Shown: positions 50,622 through 62,936, counted from the first letter of the stretch. The stretch is DNA of 64,000 nt from Sporopachydermia quercuum (GCA_001599295.1 BCGN01000001.1:1426001-1490000); one strand, 5' to 3'. Program-made: numbers and translations. The notes: generated by a model not told the origin, from the sequence alone.

Positions 50622-52760
50622 TTAGTCAGTCAGTTGCATATCTTTCAATACATTAACTGCAACATCATTGCCTCTAACAGGGACTACTAAGTCTTTACCC
50701 ATATATAGATCACCGAACACATTCCAATGGAATTTCACCAATAACCTGATTTTGCTCAGTAAACGAGTTAATGCCTGGGCAAAAACTCCTTGAGGAGTTT
50801 CCTCATTCTTAACTCCATTTTCAATCAAACAGAAAACCCGTTGTTCCATCAAACGATAAACATCAGATCCGGGCTGAGTTTGTTTGATAAGCCACGAAGA
50901 AGCAAATTTGACCTTCTCAGGTGAAGGTGTAGTAGACGATGAGTTTGAATCATTAATTGATTCAACAGCCTGAACGACTTGCATAGAAATATGCAACCAA
51001 TTTCTTGTCCATTTAACAGAACCATTGTCATCGGTGATGATTGCAACAATCTGGGACTTTAATAATAACAATTCTTCAGTTGTTGGTGGTCTATTGCACA
51101 TTTGCTTGAATAGATAAAGACATAATTGTAAACAAATCAGCTGTCTGATTTCAGTTCTTAACAACACCAATCTTGAATGATCAAATGCTAGTGTTGGCGG
51201 GAATTCTGATGTGAGTTTTCTGCAGGTTAACAGATTCAACAAAGCTTTGACTAAAGTTGATTGAACTTCGGCTTTCGATTCATTTGAATCATCAATTTCA
51301 GACTTTACTTCTTTCTTAGCATTCAACCATTTTTCACAGTCTTCTCTGGTCAGTTTTCGCTTCTTCATTAGAGACACGAAATAATCTCTTTCAAATTCAA
51401 CAGCTGTTTCAACTAAGACAGGTCTTAGAACTCGAATTTGATGATTGGCAACGTCTAATTTCATAGCTTCTAAAATTGAAAATACAACTCTGAAAGCAGA
51501 AACTAGCTTTCTTACTGATAATTCATTAACCGCCTGTGAGAACTTTTCCTTCATGAAATCAACCCAGGAGTCTCTCATCGGTGCACAGTGAGCTTTGAAA
51601 ACATCACCCAACCAGTTTGATAATTCAATGAAATTCAAACTACCGTTTTCTAGTTGTTGAAGTAATAACTCAACGTCTAGAATGTCATAAACACATGTTC
51701 TATCTTTTGTTGGTAGTAATGATAGCAAGATATCNCGTAATGTTGAGAACAAACCAGGGATTCTTGAGGTTTCTCTGTTGAATTTAATGTTACTACTGTT
51801 ATTATTAAAGTTGACTAGGTTTCTGTTTCGCTTGTTTGAACCTAAATGTTGCGGCTGTTGCTGCATTTGTTCTTTGTTTAAAGCCAATTCTTCCAACTCC
51901 AACTGAACCGCATCCCAGTAAGAATCAACGAATTGCTTCTTCCTTCTTCCTCTTTCACCATCCAGATTTGGTCTAAACTGTAACTGAGGATCGAAAACAA
52001 TATCGTGACGCAATTGAGGGTTTTTGAGAATTTCGTGTAGGTCAATTTCTCTTAAAGATTGTAAATTCACTGGTGGTAATTCTGTTGTGGTGGTTGATTT
52101 TTTGGAAGAAAGACATGATACTGTACTTAACATTGAACTTGAGCTAGTATCACTTGTCTGGACATTTGAATGTTTTCTGGCACCTGTTGCTGAATACAAA
52201 TTTGGTAATGAGCGAGATCTGAATCTTCTGAATGGAACGTTTGATTGTTGTTTTGCTGAAGAAGGTGTTGACGTTGTGGACGTTGACGTTGATGAGGTAG
52301 CATTTTCTGAAGAGGTGATGAATTGTTGTGTAGTATGACTATGTGAAGGTCTAGTTTTGGTAAAGGATGTCATCTCATCGACATGATGACTGCAACTCGA
52401 ACTTGGAGGCGATTGCAAACCAGTGACAGTAGCTATTGGGCTGCTTTCGCTGGTAGAATCTTGTACTAAATGTAATTCTGGTTGAGGTTTATCTACACAA
52501 GGAGAACCCACATCAACATGGGAATGAGTATCAGGTGATAACCCATCTTGTGATACTTCAGAATTAAGACTTGGTGTTGAATGAGCCTCTGGGCTTGAAG
52601 GTACACCTAGTAAGGACACTGTTGAATCAAATCGAGCTCTTTTTGAACTTGGCTCCACGGGTGAGGTTGACAAGGTTCTCTTTGAATCATATGATGGTGA
52701 AGGGCGAGGAGCAAATAGCTGCTCTTGCGTTTTAGCTTCTGATTCGTTAGAAGAAGTCAT
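50622..52760 (-). CDS. SOK1: Sok1 / TCP11-family protein
   Basis: LPPVNLQSLREIDLHEILKNPQLRHDIVFDPQLQFRPNLDGERG, HCAPMRD and MKLDVANHQIR motifs. One N at a synonymous CGN position. Confidence 0.95.
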   Translation of the reverse strand: MTSSNESEAKTQEQLFAPRPSPSYDSKRTLSTSPVEPSSKRARFDSTVSLLGVPSSPEAHSTPSLNSEVSQDGLSPDTHSHVDVGSPCVDKPQPELHLVQDSTSESSPIATVTGLQSPPSSSCSHHVDEMTSFTKTRPSHSHTTQQFITSSENATSSTSTSTTSTPSSAKQQSNVPFRRFRSRSLPNLYSATGARKHSNVQTSDTSSSSMLSTVSCLSSKKSTTTTELPPVNLQSLREIDLHEILKNPQLRHDIVFDPQLQFRPNLDGERGRRKKQFVDSYWDAVQLELEELALNKEQMQQQPQHLGSNKRNRNLVNFNNNSSNIKFNRETSRIPGLFSTLXDILLSLLPTKDRTCVYDILDVELLLQQLENGSLNFIELSNWLGDVFKAHCAPMRDSWVDFMKEKFSQAVNELSVRKLVSAFRVVFSILEAMKLDVANHQIRVLRPVLVETAVEFERDYFVSLMKKRKLTREDCEKWLNAKKEVKSEIDDSNESKAEVQSTLVKALLNLLTCRKLTSEFPPTLAFDHSRLVLLRTEIRQLICLQLCLYLFKQMCNRPPTTEELLLLKSQIVAIITDDNGSVKWTRNWLHISMQVVQAVESINDSNSSSTTPSPEKVKFASSWLIKQTQPGSDVYRLMEQRVFCLIENGVKNEETPQGVFAQALTRLLSKIRLLVKFHWNVFGDLYMGKDLVVPVRGNDVAVNVLKDMQLTD

Positions 52761-55700
52761 TATTGTATTGGAATGTGATGCTATGAGGGACTATGAGGAT
52801 TGAAATTAAATGNCTTAATTTCGACTGGTATTCTTGCCCTCTTCTGGTTCTTGTTTTTTGTTATAATGAACAATAAACACAAATCGATCTTTGGATAAAC
52901 TATTATTCGATAATGGCAAAGTTCCTATGATGATATATCATCAGCTTGATTAAAGATCTATTTCTGATTTCTGTCGAAATATACGATATTTCTCTTAATT
53001 TAAGGAAACAATCGATTGTTGTATAAATATAATGCAATAAAAGAGTGGAATAGTTACTTTTGCTAAATAATATTACAAGCAAACGCTTATAGTCTCTGGA
53101 CCATAGAAGAAAAAAAAAGTCAAACTCTTCAAATGAAAATCAGAAGCCTTCCGTTTGAAAACAAATTAGAAAANTTAGAATCAGGGAGGGAATAGAAGGA
53201 TATAATAAATGATCATAACACGGAGGAGTAAATCGGTTGTTAATAAGGCGTTGCAAGAAAAAATTTGAAGGTTTGGAAGGAAAAGGAAACTAATATATTA
53301 GGTTCATTTAGGAACTTACGTATAGGCTCAGAGAGGGCCTATTTCGGGGTTTCATTGTACATTAAAGTTAAGACAAAAGCAAAATTGGCGTAAACTTGAA
53401 TAAGGTTTTATATCATATGCAGCGAGAGTCCGGCAGATAACTAGTATAGTATACTGAGGAAGGCGAGGAAAAGTGTAAAGCCTGTAATAGATTTGAGAAC
53501 AATAGCAATACAGAGAAAGTGTAAGAAAAAAGGAACAAGACTTGGAGTTACGCGCAATACAGGGCAGAAAGAAAGTAGGTTTAAGTAGATCATTTATTTG
53601 TTGGTAATTTAATCACCAGAGATCCATTTTAATGGACACCAGAAGTGCAAAAAAAAATGAGATGTGATTGATATAGATTATTAACCCGAGGTTGTAAGAG
53701 GTTGAAATTTCAAGTAACTATCGAATAATACAGCGAACAAACCTTGAAAAAGGTTCTTACTACCTCCACCGCGTTTCAACCTATTTTTTTTGCATTTGCT
53801 CACCTTGAAGCTATAATTTACGACCGTTGAAAGGTTAAAGAAAGTTTCAAACATTAATCCTAAATGACATCACTTAATTGACTTTACATTAAAAATTAAA
53901 ACCTTATCTGTACGTAATTCTCTGTGGCTCAGGAAAGCGTCACCATATGTCAGCCAAGTTGAACTCAAGAAACACTATAGAAAAGACAAGAGGGAAAGAA
54001 TAAGCTTGAGCAATCATACAACAGGGAAAGGAATCATCATCTTTTCCATGGAGCCTGTAACATTCATAACTTAATAGAATAAATTGACTTATACTGGTTG
54101 GCTGAATTAACAAAGTTCATATGATCCTTTTTATTTTTCTTTCCATTTTCACTTCATGCTCACTTTCTCTACTATGATTCATTGAATTGTTGGTTGAACA
54201 TTCACTTTTAGATGACTAATAATTACTAGATGTATTATAACCAGGTGATAAATTCCATTACATAAATTATGCTATTTGATCCAATAGTTTAATTTCACTA
54301 AATTGAACACGTATATCATAATATGTAGTGTAGATTCATTCATTCATTTTTTTCAAACATTTTTTTCAAACATTTTGTTGTATCTATTCACTAACAAACC
54401 GCTAATTAGATTGTAATCACTCATTCCAATCGTTCAGTCATCTAAGTTTTTTGAACAATTAAGCTATACATCACAATTCTCTTGCCTTAAACAACCCCTA
54501 TAGTCGATTCCACCCGTTAACCCGGTCATTTCCTTCTATTCTTAACTATTTCTTCTTACTTTTAATATCACACAGTTAGAGTGGCTATTCTTACCTTTAA
54601 ACATGAACCTAACTAAACTTTACACCATCAGTGTCTTGTATATCTTTGGAATATTGATTTATTCTTGATTCGGCTCTTAGAACTCGTAAATTGATCAATT
54701 GATTCATGCGAATCAGGTCAGTTCCGTTTTTGTTTCTTATTATTTAGTAGACATATACACGTCATTTTTCATTGCTGCAATTATGTTGACCGGTGATAGG
54801 TATCAGGGTCTGGATACCTTATTTCCTTCTAACAATGACTATTTACTCATAACTTCGTCTCAAAACTGCTATCGCCATCATCTTAGTCGGAGGTTGCTAT
54901 CGAGTATCTATNCCAGACCCTCTATGGCTTTTAAAAATGCCGCTGAGTTTTAATTGCTTACGTCCATTTTCAGGACACCTTCAACTTGTATCCGTCCTGT
55001 CAAAATCCAAAAGTAGCCAGGTCCGAAAACGGAAAGAACTGATGTTCCTTTAGTAGCACTTGCCTTATCGTCTTGCATCTGTTAGTGGAAACCATACGGA
55101 GTTGTAGGAAAAGGGAGCCAAGAAGGAGAGAATTGNAAATAGTCAGAAAGAAATGAAACAGGTTTGCCTTTAACATGTAGCTAAGAATGCTGAGTTTAAT
55201 AAAGAAACTGAAAAGGCAACGAAAACGCCACACGAGTNATTGAATGGACGATTTAACAAACGAACTTGAAGGTAATAGGCGTTGATGTAATTATGAGGGT
55301 CTTGGGTGGCTAAAAGTCAAGCGGCCTTTCTTTGAATGATTGATTGATTGAACGATTGAAAGGCTAGCTCTCCCTGTTAATAATTCTAGGTTATACTGCT
55401 ATAAATATAATTAACTAAAACTATTATTGGTATAATTAACTAAATGAAGTATGGTTATTTTTCCGTTTAGTGAAACTACTATCTGTCAGTGATATGTTGA
55501 CTATATTGCTGGCACTAGTCCGTTCTTCAGGGCCATACGATATGATATTTATAAGAGACACATTATCGATCAGTTTTAGACATCGGTAGTTAACCTTTCG
55601 GATTGATAGATACTTTATCCATCTGCTCCTGGAGGTACTTAATAAATCTAATTAGTCCTTTTGTTTACAGAGAGAAAATAACAATGCTGACAGCTTTCTT

Positions 55701-58373
55701 CAATGATCTCATGTTCATTTTATTTCGCTGTATCCTTATTGTTTTATGTTCTAAGTTTCAGCTTGGAAGCTGCACTAAGTTTTTCTTTCACTTTCCGTTC
55801 TCCTATTGCAACCAAATTCCGATTACCAATTTAATCGAATTCCAACGGCTAACAATTTCCAACTCTCAGCACCTAATTTTAAACAGGGCCAATTGAAATG
55901 TGATCTAGAAGGAGTAGTTTCACTATTCCATCAACGTTACTTTACAGTGAGCTATTAATTAGAATATTTCACCTTATCAGTTTCAAGCTAATTAAGTTCA
56001 GATTAGGAAACCAAACCCTCCGAAATCCTTTCTCAGTGATTATTCTGACACGGCACAGAAGTTAAATATGGTAAAGCTTTTGATTCTATTAATTTCACGT
56101 AGCTTAGTATCAGTGGATGTATTTATTAAACCAGAATGTTATTATCAACCTTGGATAATTATTTCTGTTCTATTATATACCAATTAGGTTGTGGTGACTG
56201 AGCGAGTGACTCATCCATACCAATGAACAGCTAAAAACTTAAGATCATATGAATATTTATCACCTCTGTACCTGGCTTGATCAACAACAATAATGCTACA
56301 GGAAGCGATAAATCATTACTTTGGTGTAAGCTTTTAAAAAATAGTTCATGATGAATCTCATTTTCTACAAATTAATTTTGCTGAAAATGGGCAGAGAAAA
56401 AAGTTCAGTAAAGATTACTTTCAAGAGGAACGTACCAAAGTAATTACGATACAGAGACACTAATATCTGTTGTTGTCAGTTACTTCCAGATCACCAACAA
56501 ACAATTGAAACCACTTATTAACTTAAATTGTAACGATAGGTGGAAATTCACTCCAAAGTCTATTAATGGGGCACATGAAAAGAGTTAAATTCGTTTCGCT
56601 TCTTTATTCATCACCCATTACCATTGGATAAATTTCGGAACAACTAAAATTAATTAAGCCAATTATTTGTATTCCTCTCCCGTACTTGATTGATCTTGAT
56701 CGGCTCTTCCTTGTTCAACGTACCGAAGAAAGATTTCATGCTATTGTATACATTTTTTCATATCCCCACCGGCCGTTAAGAGGAGTTATACGGTTGGGAA
56801 CTGAAAAATTATAACAAAGCTTGTCCCTAAGAACATAGTGTACGAGACCACTTGACCTTACCAGCACTGGGTACATAAAGCTAGTACCAAAATTAACTAA
56901 TTTCGGTTAATGAAATTTATTCTCCGTAGATACGTTTGATTGAGATTTGGTTTCATACTTTGCTAGCTTCATAATCTCTTAATGCTTTCTTTCGATAACT
57001 TGAAACCGGGACACTTTATCTTACATGGTTCCTGTGAACTTAAAATCAAACTACAATGAAGTTATAATGATTCAGCAAAATATCAACATTCGACTAATTT
57101 TTCTTCTTCTTTTTCTTTTTGAGATTTGATTTTTGATTTGAGAACTTCGTTGATAGACATACAAAATTGATAGGAATTATAATTATCCTACCAATGACAA
57201 TTGTAGAATACCCAAGTGGAGTCTCGTTACGTATTTACCTAGAAATGATCACTGCATACTAAAAGCAAACTAACCAAATGGAGCATAATTGAACGCGAAT
57301 TTTTTTTTGATTGAAAGGGTCTGAACATTGGTCGATCTTTCATGATTTTCTTCCGTATAGTGAAGCTGATGTCTAACTCAGAGATTCGATTCACTTCAGC
57401 ATACTTCATCCTTTCTGTCATTCTTGGAGAGTTCATGTTGGGTATGTACTATAGGAATAGGAATTACGACGCTACCTTCTGTTTCTGACAGCTAACAAAG
57501 AGAATATGAGTAGAAATTGAGTACGAGTAGTTGCGGAAATACCTGAATATGGTAGGTCATTCTCACAGTTAGTTCAACAGTCGATATAACTTTTTTAGTA
57601 AGGAGATTGGAACCATGAGAGCGAGAAAAATAGTTGCTAATACCGGGGAGGAGTGATTAAGTTGCAGTAAATAGAGAGTTTTTATTTATTATGGCTTGTT
57701 CCATCTCAATCTTAATATCAGTCTCAAATATCAATGATTATTTTGCTATAATTGATAGAATTTGATATCTCTTTACTCTGCTGAACAAGCAATTGCCCAG
57801 ATTGTTATCTAGGGCCTAATAAAGAGTTCAAAGGGTTTACTTTGAATGTTGACCCAACTAATTTCACATTGTATATTTGGTGCCCTACATGATACTATAT
57901 GAGAGCAATTTGTTGTCTCATGTTTGAAACATAACAATCACTTGAACAACAAACAACAAACAACAGCAACAACACTATTGGAAAGTGATTAACTGTAATT
58001 ACTATTAAGGTTGTAGTCAACAATCGTATTTACATAAATGGGCGGTTAATTACATAGTTGTTCTTTTTAATTGATATGCCGATGTGTGTCTTCAATTACC
58101 ACATGATTGATCGATCAAATACTAATNCTCAAAACAGATGATCTCACCAATATTATACAGATAGGCTAACGGCTAACCATCAGTAAAGAAACCATTGATT
58201 CCAGTATGACTAGTCATAGATAACGGTGAAGAATATAACTCAGTTGAATTAATACAATTGTATTATTGTTTTTATGTTGTATTATATTATAGTGAATTAC
58301 GCCCTGAATACTTATGCATAATGATACTTCGAATGCTACTGACCGCATAGGTTTATTCTAATTCTTATTTTTC

Positions 58374-58937
58374 TTACTTGCGACCATACTTCACCTTACC
58401 CAAATCAAATGGTAGATAACGATATTTGATCATATGTTGAATCTGTCGACGCATCGTCAAAGTAAACAAAATCAAGAAGTACATTACCAAGATTGGCCAG
58501 AAAACTGGGATATCAAATATAGAGAACCATGTACACACGAATCCAATTAAGGTGGCTCTCATCGCGTTGTACCAGAACTTGAATTCAGGCAATCTTCGAA
58601 TGAATGGTCTGAATTCTCCATCACCATCTCTGCTTGTTCCTTCAGCTTCTTCACCACCAACACCTTCTTCAGTTTCTTCATCTCTTAATTCTTGTTGAAG
58701 ACTTGGATCAAATTTAGGTTGTAAGAACGCGAGAAATAAATTCAGTAGATAAATGAACAATGTGTAACAGACGATATACCACCCTTGTCCTAGTAAAATT
58801 CTCAACACGAAGATTGTTATTGCTAGAGCAAATGAACCCCATCGTTCCTTTGTATGCGGAACTGTCTTGTCCACATATGTGCGATAAAGCGCTCGGTAGG
58901 CATAAGCTTTTTGACGTAATTCCTCCACTTTCTCCAT
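58374..58937 (-). CDS. RER1: ER retrieval receptor Rer1
   Basis: GWYIVCY...IYLLNLFLAFLQPKFDPS, EFRPFIRRLPEFKFW and MRRQIQHMIKYRYLPF motifs. First in-frame ATG at 58937. Confidence 0.96.
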   Translation of the reverse strand: MEKVEELRQKAYAYRALYRTYVDKTVPHTKERWGSFALAITIFVLRILLGQGWYIVCYTLFIYLLNLFLAFLQPKFDPSLQQELRDEETEEGVGGEEAEGTSRDGDGEFRPFIRRLPEFKFWYNAMRATLIGFVCTWFSIFDIPVFWPILVMYFLILFTLTMRRQIQHMIKYRYLPFDLGKVKYGRK

Positions 58938-59721
58938 ATTCAATTGTTCTTGTTACTACTATTGAATGACCTCCGAATCACCGTTACTATCTACCATGAA
59001 GAAACACGTCGTTTGAACGCACGCTAACAAACAGTTATCTTCAAAATATCGTTATCGTGTCGTGTCATCCGATAAGTATTTACACCACGCAAAACCTCGT
59101 AATGCTTTGTTTAATGGTGTCTACAATTAGTTTGAGCGTGAAAATCGAATGACGTTACCCGGGACTGAAAGATTCATTGAGCTGAGATGTGATGTTGATA
59201 TTTTTTTCTCACACAGAGATCAATGGATCTCACGTGATGGTAATAGAAACATTCTTGAGGAAAGACCAAGGATGATCGTCTATTTGACTTGTGACAGGGA
59301 AAATAATGAACGGATTGGTAATTAAAATACTTCAATAATTATTATTGGATGTCGATCTATTTCTTTCGCTGGTTTCCAGAGGAGATATTAGCATGATTGG
59401 ACGTCAAAAGCTCCAATGTGTCCAACAATACTGTTCTGTGCACTTACTGCAAATCAATCAATTACTTTATAAACCATTTTATTGATTAACTATTATTAAC
59501 TGCTGATGTATAATCGCACCAAAACGAAAAGACGGGAAATAAATACACTAAAAAAATTGAATCAAAAATTGAAGTTAGGTTTAAGAAACAGCTTGTTAGC
59601 ATAAGTTTCTCTCAACAACTTCAACCGGAATAATAATAAAACCAAAAGGGATTAAAAATGAAATATGACAAGAAAATGAAAAATAATTAATATGAAACAG
59701 CATTCCTAACCCCTTTGACAT

Positions 59722-62226
59722 TCAATATCGCCTATATTCATCTATATCCATATGATCCTTCACCATCATATCCATTCCCATTTCCATAGGTAATCCCATA
59801 GATTCTTCTTCATGATTAATTCCACCAATTCCACCATTTCCAAAAACAAAATCTTCATCTCCATGATGTATTCCAACTCCTTCCATATTATCATCAAAAT
59901 CACGACCAGCTTCACCCATTCCAACATCATCATCGTCATCTTCAACGGCTTCTTCCATATCTTTAGAATTAGATCTCGTCTCATCAATAAAGGGTTTATA
60001 TGAGTTGGCAAAATTCTTGTAATGATCATCAATTGAGGATTCATCAACATATGTAAATCCTTTAAACTTGTCTTGCATTCCTGGTGACAAAGGTGTTGAA
60101 TCCATCAAGAAATTAGAATTTATAACTGATNCTGATGTGTTGGTAAATTCAGGATCAAAGTTTGATGTATCTAACTCAGAAGATAAATGAGGTTTGAAAG
60201 GTGGTGGAATCTTCTTTTGGATTAATAAATCCCAGTTAACGTCATTGAAAAAAGGATGCTCTCTTAATTCTCGTGCATCGCCAATTGCTCCCAGACGATG
60301 CTTTGGGTTTCTATTCAAAAGTCCTTTAACAAAAGAACGTCCTTCAGGTGAGAGGACTTCTTTAGGAAACCTTACTTTACCAAATGCAATATTCTTGTAC
60401 ATTTGTTGAGTATTATCAGCATAAAAAGGGCTCCAACCACAACACATTTCAAATATCAAAACACCCAATGACCAGAAATCAACCATCTTAGTATATCCCT
60501 CTTCATCCAATAGAACTTCAGGAGCTAGATATTCTGTAGTACCACAGAAAGTATGGGTGATTCCATCGCCTGTATTTAGATTAGCCTTTGATAATCCAAA
60601 ATCACATAATGCGATATGTCCATTGGCATCTAGTAATATATTCTCTGGTTTCAAATCTCTGTAAACAATTCCATTATCATGTAAATGTTCCAAGGCGACA
60701 ACCAACTCTGCAATATAAAACTTGGCTCTGTCTTCACTAAATCTAAACTCCTTCTGTAGATGCCAGAAGAGTTCACCACCGCTCATAAAATCAGTCACCA
60801 AATACAAATCACTAGGTGTTTGGAATGAAAACTTAAGACCGACAATAAAAGGTGAATCAGTTAGAGCTGTACGAACGAGAATGTTCCTTTCACCAATTGT
60901 ATGAGCAACTTCTTTCTTCCGCACAATAACTTTCTTACTTAAAACCTTCATTGCATATATTCGTTTAGTGTCTTTCTTTCTCACTTGATAAACTTGTCCA
61001 AAGGTTCCTTTACCCAATAAACGTAAGATTTCGAAATCTTCTGGTCCAAAATGTCTTTTACTGATTTTCTTATAGCAGTATTCAACTCTTATATATCCAG
61101 AAACTTTTTCTCCTTTAATACGAGGTTCTAATTTAAACCAACTGTTGTAGATAGCCTCATTTTTGAAGTTTGGTCTGATACTGACATGTCCAAGAAACAT
61201 TTCATCTAACTTGGAATCATATATACTAATATCCAATTCAGAATTGGTAGAAATGACATCAAAAATGGCTTCATGCTTCCATGTTGGATTTGTAGCGGCT
61301 GTGTTACCATCACTAGATTTTCCTTGACCATTTCCTTCACCGTGATCAATTCCCTGAATAGCAAGATTCAGACTAGAAGCCTGTTTGGATCTCATAGGAA
61401 TAGCCATAACAGATGGTGTTCTACTGTTTGCTAAATTCGCAGAGATACTTCCCGATTCATTGGAAGAGTCTGAGCTTTTTAACGAACTTGGGCCATGAGT
61501 AATGGTTTCACTACTTTCAAATGTGCAAACGACATAAGGTGAAGAGATGACTGATGAAATATGAAGATCCTTTGCTTCAATAATACGAACACTCAACTTA
61601 CCTAGTGAAGTTACTGATTGTTTACTACCGGCTGTTCCTGTCATTGGAACAGGCTCAGAAGCAGTTATGGTTGGAAGTGCTTCACTGGAACTAGAGTTTG
61701 TATCAAACGCAGCGTTAGTGCCAATGGATGCTGTTGAATCTGTAGTCAAATTATTAGCTGACTGTAAGGTACTTTGATTTGATTGCAATGTAGCGTCAGA
61801 ATCATGTGCATAACGATGACTAGCAAGCTCTTGATTTAATACAGGAGGAATTGCTGAACCTCTACTACTTAAGTTGTTATCAGGATGGAAAATTACAGAA
61901 GGATCACTTAAAGATATTGTTGGAGCTGCTGGTGTGATTCTTCCTGGTGTTGTTGGATTATTCGAGCCTGAAAATCCATCAATTGATTGACTGAAATAGT
62001 CCTTTATACCACTGTGACTATCGTTGACTTTTCTTCGATAACTCTCATTTTCGTTTTCGTTTTCGTTGTTGTTACCGCTGCTATTACTTATATTGCCATT
62101 GTTACTCCCGCTGCTCCCATTACTACCCCTATTATCATTACTGTTATTACCGTTGTTATTAGTGTTATTATTATTCTTGTTGAAAGCACCAAAGCCTCCA
62201 AAAAAATTCCTAGCAAACTCAGCCAT
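59722..62226 (-). CDS. SCH9: AGC kinase Sch9 (C2 domain + kinase)
   Basis: MAEFARNFF start at 62226, Asn-rich N-terminus, C2 domain, GKGTFGQV, YRDLKPEN, TFCGTTEYLAPE and hydrophobic motif FKGFTY. Confidence 0.96.
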   Translation of the reverse strand: MAEFARNFFGGFGAFNKNNNNTNNNGNNSNDNRGSNGSSGSNNGNISNSSGNNNENENENESYRRKVNDSHSGIKDYFSQSIDGFSGSNNPTTPGRITPAAPTISLSDPSVIFHPDNNLSSRGSAIPPVLNQELASHRYAHDSDATLQSNQSTLQSANNLTTDSTASIGTNAAFDTNSSSSEALPTITASEPVPMTGTAGSKQSVTSLGKLSVRIIEAKDLHISSVISSPYVVCTFESSETITHGPSSLKSSDSSNESGSISANLANSRTPSVMAIPMRSKQASSLNLAIQGIDHGEGNGQGKSSDGNTAATNPTWKHEAIFDVISTNSELDISIYDSKLDEMFLGHVSIRPNFKNEAIYNSWFKLEPRIKGEKVSGYIRVEYCYKKISKRHFGPEDFEILRLLGKGTFGQVYQVRKKDTKRIYAMKVLSKKVIVRKKEVAHTIGERNILVRTALTDSPFIVGLKFSFQTPSDLYLVTDFMSGGELFWHLQKEFRFSEDRAKFYIAELVVALEHLHDNGIVYRDLKPENILLDANGHIALCDFGLSKANLNTGDGITHTFCGTTEYLAPEVLLDEEGYTKMVDFWSLGVLIFEMCCGWSPFYADNTQQMYKNIAFGKVRFPKEVLSPEGRSFVKGLLNRNPKHRLGAIGDARELREHPFFNDVNWDLLIQKKIPPPFKPHLSSELDTSNFDPEFTNTSXSVINSNFLMDSTPLSPGMQDKFKGFTYVDESSIDDHYKNFANSYKPFIDETRSNSKDMEEAVEDDDDDVGMGEAGRDFDDNMEGVGIHHGDEDFVFGNGGIGGINHEEESMGLPMEMGMDMMVKDHMDIDEYRRY

Positions 62227-62936
62227 AATGTTAATACGCCAATATTCTCCCTTCACCTAAATGCACTATTAGGAGCGAGTACTTAAAAAAATTGCGTATA
62301 ACAATTTAATATTTCGTAATCTATCAATTCTCAATAAACCTGATCCCCCAGCTACTAGTTTGATTACCACTTATTGATTTCTGATACAGTTCAAACGTCT
62401 AAATCGTCAGATTACCAATTGTTCTTCAAAAAGAGAAAAAAATCTTGCAGCCTTGGTTATCTTACTACTTGTAACGCTGCTTTTTTCTTACTTCTTGACA
62501 GTAAAGACTCAATCCGATATTTCCTATCTTAATGTATTTCAGTTTTTTCTCTCTGAATTCTTCTTGTCAGTCTTCTCTATTTCCTGCTTTCCTGCTTTCC
62601 TAATTGCTCCTTTATTACCTAATTTTATTCCTGTTCACCTCACTTATCAATACCAAACAGATTGACTCTGACACCTGCAATCAAAACGGTCAATCTACTA
62701 TTTACCTAACAGAAATTTTAACTATTACTGAAAACGTCCTAGTTTCTAGTTACAGTTTTATTCTCTACCCATGATCTTATTCAATCACTATTGCTCTTTG
62801 CTTAGTAACACATTTCCTGCAAGTTGTTTATACAAATAGCTTCTTCTCTAATCAACTACTAAATTTTCTTCTTTTGTTATCGCTGCAAATATGTTTGGGC
62901 GTTTCTTCTGTACAAATAGGAAATAAGAAAATAGAG

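Noticed and set aside
55040..55110. snR30/U17 (ATGTTCCT ... AAACCAT resemble motifs m1/m2)
   Set aside because: m1 is imperfect and no ACA box follows the hairpin. Kept only as part of the unassigned structured-island finding.
56446..56457. U6 snRNA ACAGAGA box (ACGATACAGAGA)
   Set aside because: Only a 12-nt match. The downstream AGATTAGCATGG catalytic region and 5' stem are missing.
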